Shown here piece after piece: positions 12,935 through 24,419 of a stretch of 64,000 nt of DNA. Within the stretch, counting starts at the first letter, position 1. Every line of letters begins with the position of its first letter. The translations under genes were made by a program, and so were the position numbers. This DNA is from Octopus bimaculoides (taxonomy: Eukaryota): positions 15,595,338 through 15,659,337 of the forward strand of contig NC_068997.1 in assembly GCF_001194135.2 (NCBI RefSeq), in the 5' to 3' direction. Under the pieces are notes generated by a model, which ran no database searches, was not told the DNA's origin, and saw only the letters and a program-made list of their open reading frames with translations.

Positions 12935-13110
12935 CATTAAATGCCTGTTTTCCTTGCTGGCATGTGTCGGATGGCTTGAGAGGAGCTGGCACACTGGGGA
13001 GCTGTGCCACTGGTTCCATTGTCTATTCTGGCTTCGTTTCTATGGCTGGATGCCCTTCCTAATCTCAACCACTTTACAGAGTGTAACGTGTGCTTTTTAT
13101 GTGGCACCAG
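12935..13110 (-). mobile_element. Family D element, downstream of a (CAC/CAT)n tract
   Basis: TTTTCCTTGCTGGCATGTGTCGGATGG...GGCTGGATGCCCTTCCTAA..CAACCACTTTACAGAGTG..TGCTTTTTATGTGGCACC. Confidence 0.75.
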
Positions 13111-13149
13111 CACAGTTGTTTCTTTTTTTTTTTTGCATGGTACAAAGCA

Positions 13150-13690
13150 CCACAGTGAAATGATAATTATTAAACTGACAATGTCTAAATGGTCACTATT
13201 GAAAGTTTTAAATATTGCTCTGATAATGTTCATATGGTTATGATTGCAATGCCAAACTATTGCCTTGATAATGTCTTAATGTTCATTGTTAAAACACCAA
13301 ACTGTTGCTGTGATAATGCTTTAATGTTTATTTTTGAAACTCCAAATTGTGGTCTTAATAGTATTTGAATGATCATTATTGATCTGATAATGTTAAAATG
13401 TTGTCCACATATTCACTATTTAAACACCAAACTATTGTTATGATAATGTCAAAGAATTCAACATTAAAACCATAAAATATTCTCTGCCTTGATAATGTCT
13501 ATGTGGTCATGATTATAATGTTAAATTATTGCCTTGATAATGTTTATATATTATCTAAATGTTCATTTCTGTATTACCAAAATACAGTCTTGATAATGGC
13601 TAAAAGTCCATTTCTAATTGATATTGTCTAAATGCTCAATAGTGGAACCACATTATTATTTGATAGTATCTAAATATTCATCATTAAAGC
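13150..13690. repeat. Degenerate minisatellite, unit about 33-35 bp
   Basis: Recurrent TGATAATGT(C/T)T..ATGTTCA.T.TT.AAA.ACCAAA.T.TTG.CT units. Confidence 0.75.
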
Positions 13691-14152
13691 AAACTGCAAT
13701 GATGCATGTAACATCCCATCCTCAACTGCTTTTCCAGGTATCTTTATAGTTTTGACTCCAGAAAGTAAGACCACTTAATACAGTGATGTCATTTCTGCTA
13801 AAGGTTAGCATTAATGCTGCCTTGGAATTCACTAACAGAAAGTGTATGCCAGTCAAAACAAAAATTAAAAACTTTTTTTAAATCATTTAAAAAAAATTAT
13901 GAAATTTATACAAAATAAAAACTACAAAACATGAACTATATTCACTATAGCTGGATGGAAAATGCAGACCTCGGAAAATACTACTTCCCAGGACACCACA
14001 ACATCCTGTAGACTAGCATTTATTCATATATATATATTCAACAAGAAACTTCAAAAGCATCTATACACATGTCTGTGTATGTATATATATGCGTATCTGT
14101 ATAAGTATGTATGATTATACCCACCCACACACACACACACATATATACATAC

Positions 14153-14190
<38 letters not shown>

Positions 14191-14200
14191 NNNNNNNNNN

Positions 14201-14240
<40 letters not shown>

Positions 14241-15524
14241 GCTTATATATGTGTGTGTATGTATATATATATATACTACATACATGCATACATACACAAC
14301 ATATACACACACACCACATATACTGTTAAAGAGCCCAAGGTAGACAAACACTAACATGTACATAGTTATATTTACCTGCATATTCAAACAGACAGACAAA
14401 GGTATCTGGTAAAACATAGATACACACACACACACTTGCACAGTTGCACATATTTGTTCATGCATGTGTGTGTGTGTGTGTGTGTGTGTTTGTGTGTGTG
14501 TGCGTGTGTGTGTGTGTTTGTGTCATTTGTTAATTATGTTGTCAGAAGTGTAGGCTTTGTTAGTGTTTAAATATCGTTAAGAAGCAAGACCCACAACTGT
14601 TTACTCTATTTTATTAACCAGATATTGTTTTACTGCTCTCCTAATTACACTCTCCTCCCCTCTTTCGTCACAGCTCTCCTTATCAAACTCTCCATTTCCA
14701 TCCTTACCTCTCTATTATTCTCTCTCCTTCTCTCTCTCTCTCTCTCTCTTTCTGTCTGTCTTTCTAGTCCTCTATCTATTTATCTACTTCTCTATCTATC
14801 TATCTGTTTCTTTCTCTTCTCTTTCCCTCTTTTACCTTGTGTAATTTTCTGTCCCTGTGCACACTGTTTGACATCTTAATTAGTCTGAGCCAACTATGCA
14901 GTTTCCTGAATAGTAGTAACTCAACCTGAACACGTATCAGCCTGATATATCTCCCTTAACAGGCACCAACCGTCCGTCTATAAAACAGAGACAGACATCC
15001 TCATATTAACAAGCGGATAAAAGCAGCCCTCAACAAACACTGTCTTTGCATTCGTAAAATATAGACCAGGTTTTCCTCCATAAAACAGGGATCAGTTTAA
15101 ATAAGAAACCCCCATGTTAACAATTGGATAAAGTGCATCTCACAAAGAATGCTAGATTTCCGTTTGTAAACTTGGGCTGAAAGAGACATCATGCTCAATT
15201 TTAATGATGGAATGAAAGCATTCTTTTGCAAATATTAGGGGCCAGAATACAGAGCCCAACATTAATGTTGAGATAAAAGCATCCCTTAAAAAAAAAACAT
15301 CATTTTTTTTTTTTTTTCTTTTCTGAAATAGAAGCAGAAATAGTGAGTATGTTCCACGTTTATGAGGGGATAAATAGCAGCCTCAATAAATACCAACCTT
15401 CTGTTCATAAAATAGGGATCAGGGTTTCTTTTTTGACGTGCACCAACGTTAATGACAAGATGAACAGTAATAAGGAAATTGCAAGTGAAACGGATTGCTC
15501 AGGGTCATCGTTTTTGGACAGTGC

Positions 15525-15546
15525 CTCCTCCTCCTCCTCCTCCTCC

Positions 15547-15579
<33 letters not shown>

Positions 15580-15650
15580 CCACCATCATCGTCATTGTCA
15601 TCATTATCGTCATTGCTATCACCATCATCATCACCATTATCATCATCATC

Positions 15651-15682
<32 letters not shown>

Positions 15683-15810
15683 CATCACCACCACCATCAT
15701 CATCATCATCATCACCACCACCATCATCGTCATTGTCATCATTATCGTCATTGCTATCACCATCAGTATCACCATCATAATCTTCATCATTATCCTCATC
15801 ATCATTATCT
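15525..15810. repeat. (CAT/CTC/CAC)n tract with an internal duplication of about 50 bp
   Basis: CACCACCATCATCGTCATTGTCATCATTATCGTCATTGCTATCACCATCA occurs twice (about 15578 and 15716). Confidence 0.85.
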
Positions 15811-16082
15811 TATTTGAGTGACCATTTCTCCGTTCTTGCATGACACACATGGAATTTGTTGAGGCAGGTTTTTATACAATCAGACGCCCTCCCTGTCAGT
15901 CACCTCACCTATCATATTTTCCTATGACTGGAAATGATTTCATGGAAGAAGACTGCAGATGAATACACCTCTTGTATGACGGTGATAATCGTTTACAATT
16001 ATTACACAATGTCACAACAAAGAGGCACAAATACATGCACACGTATACGAATATACATACAAACATACATACATATATACAT

Positions 16083-16664
16083 AAATGTAAGCACAACAGA
16101 TCTGATATAATGATTTGGGTTAGAGAAGAGAAACTGTGCACAGTTGTGGAAATTAGCTGCCCAGCGGATGTTAACATAAAGCTGAAGATCAGTGGAAAAG
16201 AGAACACTTATGCTGAACTAATGAGAAATCTGCAGTTACTGTATCCAGATTACAAGTTCAGGTTTATGCCAGTGATTATTGGGGCCCTGGGATATGTAAT
16301 ACATTGCTTAAATACCAATCTTGAGTAATTAGGCTTCTCAAAACCAGAAAGGAGAAAGCTAATTTGAAGACTACAGATCCAATCCAACACTAGAACTGTA
16401 AAAATCGGTAGAACTTTCCAGAAGTTTATCATTTAAATATATATGAGCGTGTCTAGATATGTAACTATATGCATGAGGATACATACATAAACCAAAACAT
16501 ACAAATCTGCACATATACATACATACATACATGCATGCATGCAAATGACAATACCTTGTTGCTGATGTTGAAATTCCAATGAAGGAACCTTGGATCTAGG
16601 TTAGAAACCGGTTCTTTCTCTATTGGCAAGAAATCTTGAAATAAACTGAACAATGACATACATA
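16083..16664 (+). mobile_element. 5'-truncated RLE-type (R4/Dong-like) non-LTR retrotransposon: endonuclease domain plus 3' UTR
   Basis: KCKHNRSDIMIWVREEKLCTVVEISCPADVNIKLKISGKENTYAELMRNLQLLYPDYKFRFMPVIIGALG...LE*LGFSKPERRKLI*RLQIQ..TVKIGRTFQKFII*. Matches the HNRPD..E..CP..K..K..Y and IGALG pattern of PD-(D/E)xK RLE domains; two in-frame stops. Confidence 0.8.
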
Positions 16665-16674
16665 TATCCTCCTC

Positions 16675-17110
16675 CATCTCATCATCATTTAACGTCCACC
16701 TTCCATGCTGGCATGGGTTGGATGGTTTGACAGGAGCCAGCCAGGCAGGAGCCAGCCAGGCAGGAGACTACACCAGGCTACTGTGTCTGTTTTGGCAGGG
16801 TTTTTTTTACAGCTGGATGCTCTTCCTAGCATCAACCATCCAGCAGAGTGGACTTAGTGCTTTTTACGTGACACAAGGACAGACGAGGTCAGTTTTGGCA
16901 AGGTTTTTACAGCTGGATGCCCTTCCTAACACCAACCACTCTGCAGAATGGACTCAGTGCTTTTTATGTGGCACTAGCACAGATGAGGTTAGTTTTGACA
17001 TAACTTTTATAGCTGGATGCCCTTCCAAATGCCAACCACTTTACAGTGTGGACTGGATGCTTTTTAAGTGGCACCTGCACTAACAGGGTCACTAAGTAAC
17101 TTGCAAGACA
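16675..17110 (-). mobile_element. Family D element with a three-fold internal subrepeat
   Basis: CATCATTTAACGTCCACCTTCCATGCTGGCATGGGTTGG, then ACAGCTGGATGC(C/T)CTTCC..CAACCA..TGCTTTTT repeated three times. Confidence 0.8.
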
Positions 17111-17229
17111 AAAAAAATCCTCTGAGAGGGGAGGGGGCATTGGTTGAGGGGATTTCCCAATACCACCATACATGGGTATCACCATCACCGCCACTCCCCA
17201 TTCTGATGATTCTTACATCCCACCAACAT

Positions 17230-17423
17230 AACAACCACCACCACCACTACCATCCCCACCACTACCATCACCACCACTACCATGACCACCACTACCATCT
17301 CCACCACTACCATCCCCACCACTACCATCACCACCACTACCATCCCCACCACTACCATCACCACCACTACCATCACCACCACTACCATCCCCACCACTAC
17401 CATCCCCACCACTACCATCCCCA
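17230..17423. repeat. 15-bp unit tandem repeat (CATC(C/A)CCACCACTAC)n running into a gap
   Basis: Seen directly. ORF 17068 poly-H is its translation. Confidence 0.9.
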
Positions 17424-18272
17424 NNNNNNNNNNNNNNNNNNNNNNNNNNNNNNNNNNNNNNNNNNNNNNNNNNNNNNNNNNNNNNNNNNNNNNNNNNNNN
17501 NNNNNNNNNNNNNNNNNNNNNNNNNNNNNNNNNNNNNNNNNNNNNNNNNNNNNNNNNNNNNNNNNNNNNNNNNNNNNNNNNNNNNNNNNNNNNNNNNNNN
17601 NNNNNNNNNNNNNNNNNNNNNNNNNNNNNNNNNNNNNNNNNNNNNNNNNNNNNNNNNNNNNNNNNNNNNNNNNNNNNNNNNNNNNNNNNNNNNNNNNNNN
17701 NNNNNNNNNNNNNNNNNNNNNNNNNNNNNNNNNNNNNNNNNNNNNNNNNNNNNNNNNNNNNNNNNNNNNNNNNNNNNNNNNNNNNNNNNNNNNNNNNNNN
17801 NNNNNNNNNNNNNNNNNNNNNNNNNNNNNNNNNNNNNNNNNNNNNNNNNNNNNNNNNNNNNNNNNNNNNNNNNNNNNNNNNNNNNNNNNNNNNNNNNNNN
17901 NNNNNNNNNNNNNNNNNNNNNNNNNNNNNNNNNNNNNNNNNNNNNNNNNNNNNNNNNNNNNNNNNNNNNNNNNNNNNNNNNNNNNNNNNNNNNNNNNNNN
18001 NNNNNNNNNNNNNNNNNNNNNNNNNNNNNNNNNNNNNNNNNNNCTTCTCATCCTCCCTGCCCCCCCTCCTTTACAGCCAACTATGATCTTGAAGAATTAT
18101 ATTATTATGTTTCCTCTTCAGTAGATTATCACAACAAAGGAAAATTATGTGAAAACAGGTCGTTAGATAATTAGTTTGGGATAAATGGGGGCAAAAGATC
18201 TCAGGTCATGGTGGTGGTGGTGGTGGGGGGGGAGAGATTAAATGTGTGTGTGTGTGTGTGTGTGTGGTAGTA

Positions 18273-18685
18273 GGGGCAGGTGTGGCTGTGTGGTAAGATG
18301 ATTGCTGCCTGGGCACATAGTTCCGGATTCAGTCCCACTGGATGGCACCTTGGGCAAAAATGGTTTCTACTATAGCTCCAGGCCGACCGACGTCTTGTGA
18401 GTAAGTTTGGTAGATAGAAACTAAAAGAAAGCAGCATGCTGGCAGAAACGTTAGCACGCCGGGCGAAATGCTTAGCGGTATTTCGTCTGCCGCTACATCC
18501 TGAGTTCAAATTCCACCGACGTCGACTTTGCCTTTCATCCTTTCAGGGTCGATAAATTAAGTACCAGTTATGCACTGGGGTCGATATAATCAACTTAATC
18601 TGTTTGTCTGTCCTTGTTTGTTCCCTCTGTGTGTAGCCCCTTGCGTGCAGTAAAGGAATAGGAAACTAAAAGAAGCCCATCATAC
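18273..18685 (+). mobile_element. SINE family A head interrupted by a family B SINE
   Basis: The head GGGGCAGGTGTGGCTGTGTGGTAAG... resumes as GAAACTAAAAGAAGCCCATC after the insert. Confidence 0.85.
18430..18661 (+). mobile_element. SINE family B, full length, with a 13-bp target-site duplication
   Basis: GCTGGCAGAAACGTTAGCACGCCGGGCGAAATGCTTAGCGGTATTTCG..GAGTTCAAATTCC..GTCGACTTTGCCTTTCATCC. TSD GAAACTAAAAGAA at 18417-18429 and 18662-18674. Confidence 0.9.
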
Positions 18686-18699
18686 ATATCTTTTAATGT

Positions 18700-18905
18700 C
18701 ATCAGCTTCATCATTTTTATTTAACATCTATGCTTCATGCTGGCAAGGGTCGGTCAGTTTGGAAGGACCTGATGAGTCCAAGCACAGCATGGTGCTCCAG
18801 TGTCTTCTTTGGCAGAAGTCTCTGCAGCTAAATACCCTTCCTAATGCCAACCAATTTACAGAGTATCCTGTGTGCCTTTTACCTGGCACCAGCATTAGTG
18901 AGATT
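18700..18905 (-). mobile_element. Family D element, degraded
   Basis: TCATTTTTATTTAACATCTATGCTTCATGCTGGC...CAGCTAAATACCCTTCCTAATGCCAACCA. Confidence 0.7.
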
Positions 18906-20440
18906 ACCTGGTGACTTGCGAGGCAAGGCCCCTCAACTGAAGGAATTGTGTAGTACTGAGGCAGGTGTATTAATTCTTGAGGATGAGATGTTGAAGTATG
19001 ATAAAGGGTCAGGAACGGGTGTCTTGTAGTAAGGGAGATATGGGGTTACGCTCCAGTGAATCCTCTTGTCCATATCACAGAACATTTCATCTTTATCTTC
19101 AAAAGTGAAAATTACTGCATAGAATGCTAACTCCGAAATGTACTGTACATTATTAAAACCGGTCATCTCTGACCGCCAGCACCACCATCACCACCATCAT
19201 CGCCACCATTACCGCCATCGCAATCATCACCACCACCATCACCCCTTCATCGCCACCACTACCACCACCACTACAACCACTACCACTACAACCATGACCA
19301 CCATTGCCACCACGATCACGACGACGATGACAACAATGACGACCACCACCACTAGCACCATCCCCACCGCTACCAGCAGCATTATCCCCTTTAACGCCTC
19401 AACCATCACCTTGAACATAGCAACCACTCCTATTTACTAATAGTGACCTACTCCANNNNNNNNNNNNNNNNNNNNNNNNNNNNNNNNNNNNNNNNNNNNN
19501 NNNNNNNNNNNNNNNNNNNNNNNNNNNNNNNNNNNNNNNNNNNNNNNNNNNNNNNNNNNNNNNNNNNNNNNNNNNNNNNNNNNNNNNNNNNNNNNNNNNN
19601 NNNNNNNNNNNNNNNNNNNNNNNNNNNNNNNNNNNNNNNNNNNNNNNNNNNNNNNNNNNNNNNNNNNNNNNNNNNNNNNNNNNNNNNNNNNNNNNNNNNN
19701 NNNNNNNNNNNNNNNNNNNNNNNNNNNNNNNNNNNNNNNNNNNNNNNNNNNNNNNNNNNNNNNNNNNNNNNNNNNNNNNNNNNNNNNNNNNNNNNNNNNN
19801 NNNNNNNNNNNNNNNNNNNNNNNNNNNNNNNNNNNNNNNNNNNNNNNNNNNNNNNNNNNNNNNNNNNNNNNNNNNNNNNNNNNNNNNNNNNNNNNNNNNN
19901 NNNNNNNNNNNNNNNNNNNNNNNNNNNNNNNNNNNNNNNNNNNNNNNNNNNNNNNNNNNNNNNNNNNNNNNNNNNNNNNNNNNNNNNNNNNNNNNNNNNN
20001 NNNNNNNNNNNNNNNNNNNNNNNNNNNNNNNNNNNNNNNNNNNNNNNNNNNNNNNNNNNNNNNNNNNNNNNNNNNNNNNNNNNNNNNNNNNNNNNNNNNN
20101 NNNNNNNNNNNNNNNNNNNNNNNNNNNNNNNNNNNNNNNNNNNNNNNNNNNNNNNNNNNNNNNNNNNNNNNNNNNNNNNNNNNNNNNNNNNNNNNNNNNN
20201 NNNNNNNNNNNNNNNNNNNNNNNNNNNNNNNNNNNNNNNNNNNNNNNNNNNNNNNNNNNNNNNNNNNNNNNNNNNNNNNNNNNNNNNNNNNNNNNNNNNN
20301 NNNNNNNNNNNNNNNNNNNNNNNNNNNNNNNNNNNNNNNNNNNNNNNNNNNNNNNNNNNNNNNNNNNNNCCACTCCTGCACCTGTGTGTTTATGTGAATA
20401 GGAATATATAAGTACGCGTGTATGTGTGTGTGTGTGTAGT

Positions 20441-20846
20441 CTTTTAGTTTTTTATTTGTTTCAGTAATTTGACTGCAGCCATGCTGGAGCACCGCCTCAA
20501 GTCAAACAAATTGACCCCAGGACTTCTTCTTTGTAAGCCTAGTACTTATTCTATCGGTCTTTTTTGCCGAACCGCTAAGTTACTGGGACGTAAACACACC
20601 AGCATTGGTTGTCAAGCGATGTTGGGGGGACAAACACAGACACACAAACACATACACACATACATATATATATATATACATATATACAACGGGCTTCTTT
20701 CAGTTTCCGTCTACCAAATCCACTCACAAGGCTTTGGGCAGCCCGAGGCTATAGTAGAAGACACTTGCCCAAGATGCCACGCAGTAGGACTGAACCCGGG
20801 ACCATGTGGTTGGCAAGCAAGCTACTTACCACACAGCCACTCCTGC
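20441..20846 (-). mobile_element. SINE family A, full length, inside a tandem duplication (20371-21020)
   Basis: Full head, microsatellite and tail. A flanking block of about 180 bp is repeated at 20371 and 20838. Confidence 0.9.
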
Positions 20847-21526
20847 ACCTGTGTGTTTATGTGAATAGGAATATATAAGTACGCGTGTATGTGTGTGTGT
20901 GTGTAGTCTTTTAGTTTTTTATTTGTTTCAGTAATTTGACTGCAGCCATGCTGGAGCACCGCCTCAAGTCAAACAAATTGACCCCAGGACTTCTTCTTTG
21001 TAAGCCTAGTACTTATTCTCTTGTTCTCTTTGGCCGAACTGCAGTGACTTGCTTGAAGTAACAGTCAAATCTTGTCCTTCAGTTCATGTCACTGTCTTGA
21101 AAAACAAAAAGGAAGGAAGCGAAAAGAACACATTGGCTGGTGTATTAGGCTAGAATTTTCTGTCAAAAGAAAAGGTAAACCTTAACTGGGTCTAATCAAA
21201 AACAAAGATATCAACAGATAAAAACAAAAAAAAAACAGATTTCAGCAGTGGTAACTTCAAGGTCATTTAATTTGCTAGAAATAACATAATATCATATATA
21301 CATATGTATTTGAATGTGTGTGTGCGTGTGTGTGTGTGTGTAAAAGAGTGGGGGGTAGGGTGAGGGTTATTTACTAGCAGAAAGTAACACAGCAGTTACT
21401 CTAGTTCCTTGAGTAACTTTTGAATTCTCAACTACTGAAAAAAAAAAAAAATTATATATAATCTGCATCACATACAGAGTATTCTTTTTCTTATCAGTAA
21501 ACCAAACATGAGTGTATATATGTATA

Positions 21527-21569
<43 letters not shown>

Positions 21570-21673
21570 ACACACACACACGAAAAACCATACAAACAGA
21601 CACACACACAAACACATGGAATTTTATTTTGATCTATTGTGTCTTGGGTGGAATTTTTCACTTGATTTTATCA

Positions 21674-21714
<41 letters not shown>

Positions 21715-22059
21715 TTGACAACCTTTCATCTAAGCAATTGTCACTGACCTTTTCCCCCAATAAAGGTCACCAACTAGATTTAAACTGCCCCAAGCTTTTA
21801 ATCATAATTTTTTGGGACATGGTTTGTTTTGGAATACGCATTGCTAGTATTCTTATTTACTTCTTCTCTGTTTATTTTATCATTTTCTTTTTTTTTTTTT
21901 TGTTACTAGATTGTTTTCAAGAGATTTTCTTCATGATACACACACACACACACATACACATTAAAAAAAAAAAACAGTTATAACAGACAGTGGTAAACTA
22001 TATCATTGTACCATCTCTGTCTGTCTCTTGCTCTCAAGCTCTCCCAGGGCCTCCCTCTC

Positions 22060-22205
22060 TTTGTATACATACTTCAATACCTACATACATATACATCCAT
22101 ACATGTGTGTGTGTGTCTGTGTGTATCACTCGTTTTTCCCTCGTTTGATTATGCATTTCATGTTATTTGCACTGTTGGTGACGTCCTGTACCCATATATG
22201 CATGT

Positions 22206-22277
<72 letters not shown>
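22060..22277 (+). mobile_element. TA-anchored element end, with a diverged second copy at 22730-22872
   Basis: ..GGTGACGTCCTGTACCCATATATGCATG(TA)n. The second copy has several substitutions. Confidence 0.45.
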
Positions 22278-23126
22278 NNNNNNNNNNNNNNNNNNNNNNN
22301 NNNNNNNNNNNNNNNNNNNNNNNNNNNNNNNNNNNNNNNNNNNNNNNNNNNNNNNNNNNNNNNNNNNNNNNNNNNNNNNNNNNNNNNNNNNNNNNNNNNN
22401 NNNNNNNNNNNNNNNNNNNNNNNNNNNNNNNNNNNNNNNNNNNNNNNNNNNNNNNNNNNNNNNNNNNNNNNNNNNNNNNNNNNNNNNNNNNNNNNNNNNN
22501 NNNNNNNNNNNNNNNNNNNNNNNNNNNNNNNNNNNNNNNNNNNNNNNNNNNNNNNNNNNNNNNNNNNNNNNNNNNNNNNNNNNNNNNNNNNNNNNNNNNN
22601 NNNNNNNNNNNNNNNNNNNNNNNNNNNNNNNNNNNNNNNNNNNNNNNNNNNNNNNNNNNNNNNNNNNNNNNNNNNNNNNNNNNNNNNNNNNNNNNNNNNN
22701 NNNNNNNNNNNNNNNNNNNNNNNNNNNNNTGTATACATACTTCAATACCTACATACATATACATCCATACATGTGTGTGTGTGTCTGTGTGTATCACTCG
22801 TTTTTCCCTCGTTTGTTTATGTATTTCATGTTATTTATACTGTTGGTGACATCCTGTACCCATATATACATGTATTTTCTGAACTTCGGTATGTGGTGAA
22901 GCAAATGTTTGCTGATCGCTTAATTATGTTTATAAATGTATGTGAACTTTTAAATAAGTTCTCCACCAATAATGGTGCTTACATACCGAAGGGCTTGGTA
23001 AAAATTATTAATTGTTGATTTATTAATAAATTAATAAATTGATAAACCTTTACCCTTTTAATTTATATATAAATTATATATTATTTAGTATTTATATATA
23101 TGTGGGTGTGTGTGTGTGTTTATACA

Positions 23127-23290
23127 TTCTTTTACTTTATTCTTTGAATTGTTTCAGTTATGTTAGTGTGGCCATGCTGGGGTGCCAACTTTTTTTTTAG
23201 TCAAAGAAATCGACCTCAAGACTTATTCTTTGTCGGTCTCTTTTGCCGAACCACTAAGTTATGGGGAAGTAAACACGCCAACATTGAGAG
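23127..23290 (-). mobile_element. SINE family A, 3' half
   Basis: TTGTTTCAGT..GGCCATGCTGGGGTGCC..AAATCGACC..GACTTATTCTTTG..TTTTGCCGAACCACTAAG. Confidence 0.8.
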
Positions 23291-23744
23291 CATGTGTGTA
23301 TGTATGTATGTGTGTGTGTGGAGGCATGTATATGTTTGCGCCCCACCTTTTTCTTTCTTTTATTTTCTTGGTCTGTTTAGTCTGTAGAAAGGATCTATGC
23401 CCATGGCCTCTGAGACTGGAGTTCCAGGAATATTAAAAAAGAAAAGAAAAAGAAGAGACATATAAGTGCTATTTAAATGAGAGGGTTGCAAGCTGGAAGT
23501 GGTTAATTCAAAGTCCTTGTATACGTTTAGACCATGAAGAAGTGTTCTGACAGTTTCTGCATTTTGACCAATTCTATTAAGACCAAACTAAAATGGACAG
23601 ACAGGCTGCATATGAATGAATTATTAACAAAAACACTTCGATTATTTCTATTCATTTCTTCTATTTCTCCATACCATTTTTTTTTATTTGCTTTTATTCG
23701 GTACCATTTTTTTTCATTTGTTTGTTTTTGTCATCCCTTTTCAG

Positions 23745-23852
23745 ATTCCATCTCCCTCTTTACAGAATCACACTCGACAAACTTCCACCTCCTCACATTC
23801 TCTGCAGACATTGTCCATCATTTCAGACAATCCTGATAATGACGTCATTTGA
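23745..23852 (+). CDS. Candidate terminal coding exon (unidentified)
   Basis: Long pyrimidine tract ending TTTTCAG, then IPSPSLQNHTRQTSTSSHSLQTLSIISDNPDNDVI*; AATAAA-rich sequence near 24020. No homology recognised. Confidence 0.2.
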   Translation: MPSPSLQNHTRQTSTSSHSLQTLSIISDNPDNDVI

Positions 23853-24224
23853 CAAAGTTCCACCGACAGCAACGACGGAGAGCTGCTAATAGTCTCTCTC
23901 TTGAACCCAAACTTTCCTATATATCCTACTGTTCTAAGCTAAGACAAAAAAAAAAAGAAAATAGCATACGCACACCAAAAAAAAATCCCCATACATACAC
24001 ACACACACACATGCATACAGAAAATAAATAAATAGGTAAATAAATAAATAAATAAATAAATAAAAGCTGCTTTCCCCTCATCCACATGCCTCATTGTATA
24101 AAAAGATATTTTAGTCTCAAGAACTTCCCTTAACCAACAGCTGTTTCGACTCCCAAAGATTCACGATTAAATGGACAGAAATCTCTCATCTTAGAGGTAG
24201 TTGCTTGCAGTTTTGTCTTCTGCC

Positions 24225-24238
24225 CTATGTTATTATTA

Positions 24239-24281
<43 letters not shown>

Positions 24282-24303
24282 CATCATATATCATCATCCT
24301 CAC

Positions 24304-24360
<57 letters not shown>

Positions 24361-24382
24361 CATCATATATCATCATCCTCAC

Positions 24383-24418
<36 letters not shown>
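24225..24418. repeat. (TAT)n microsatellite with a duplicated interruption
   Basis: CATCATATATCATCATCCTCACCA interrupts (TAT)n twice. Confidence 0.9.

Positions 24419-24419
<1 letters not shown>

Noticed and set aside
14940-15460. Loosely repeated GGATAAA.GCAGCC.TCAA / CATAAAA.AGGGATCAG motifs
   Set aside because: Too degenerate to define a unit by eye; probably an old tandem repeat.
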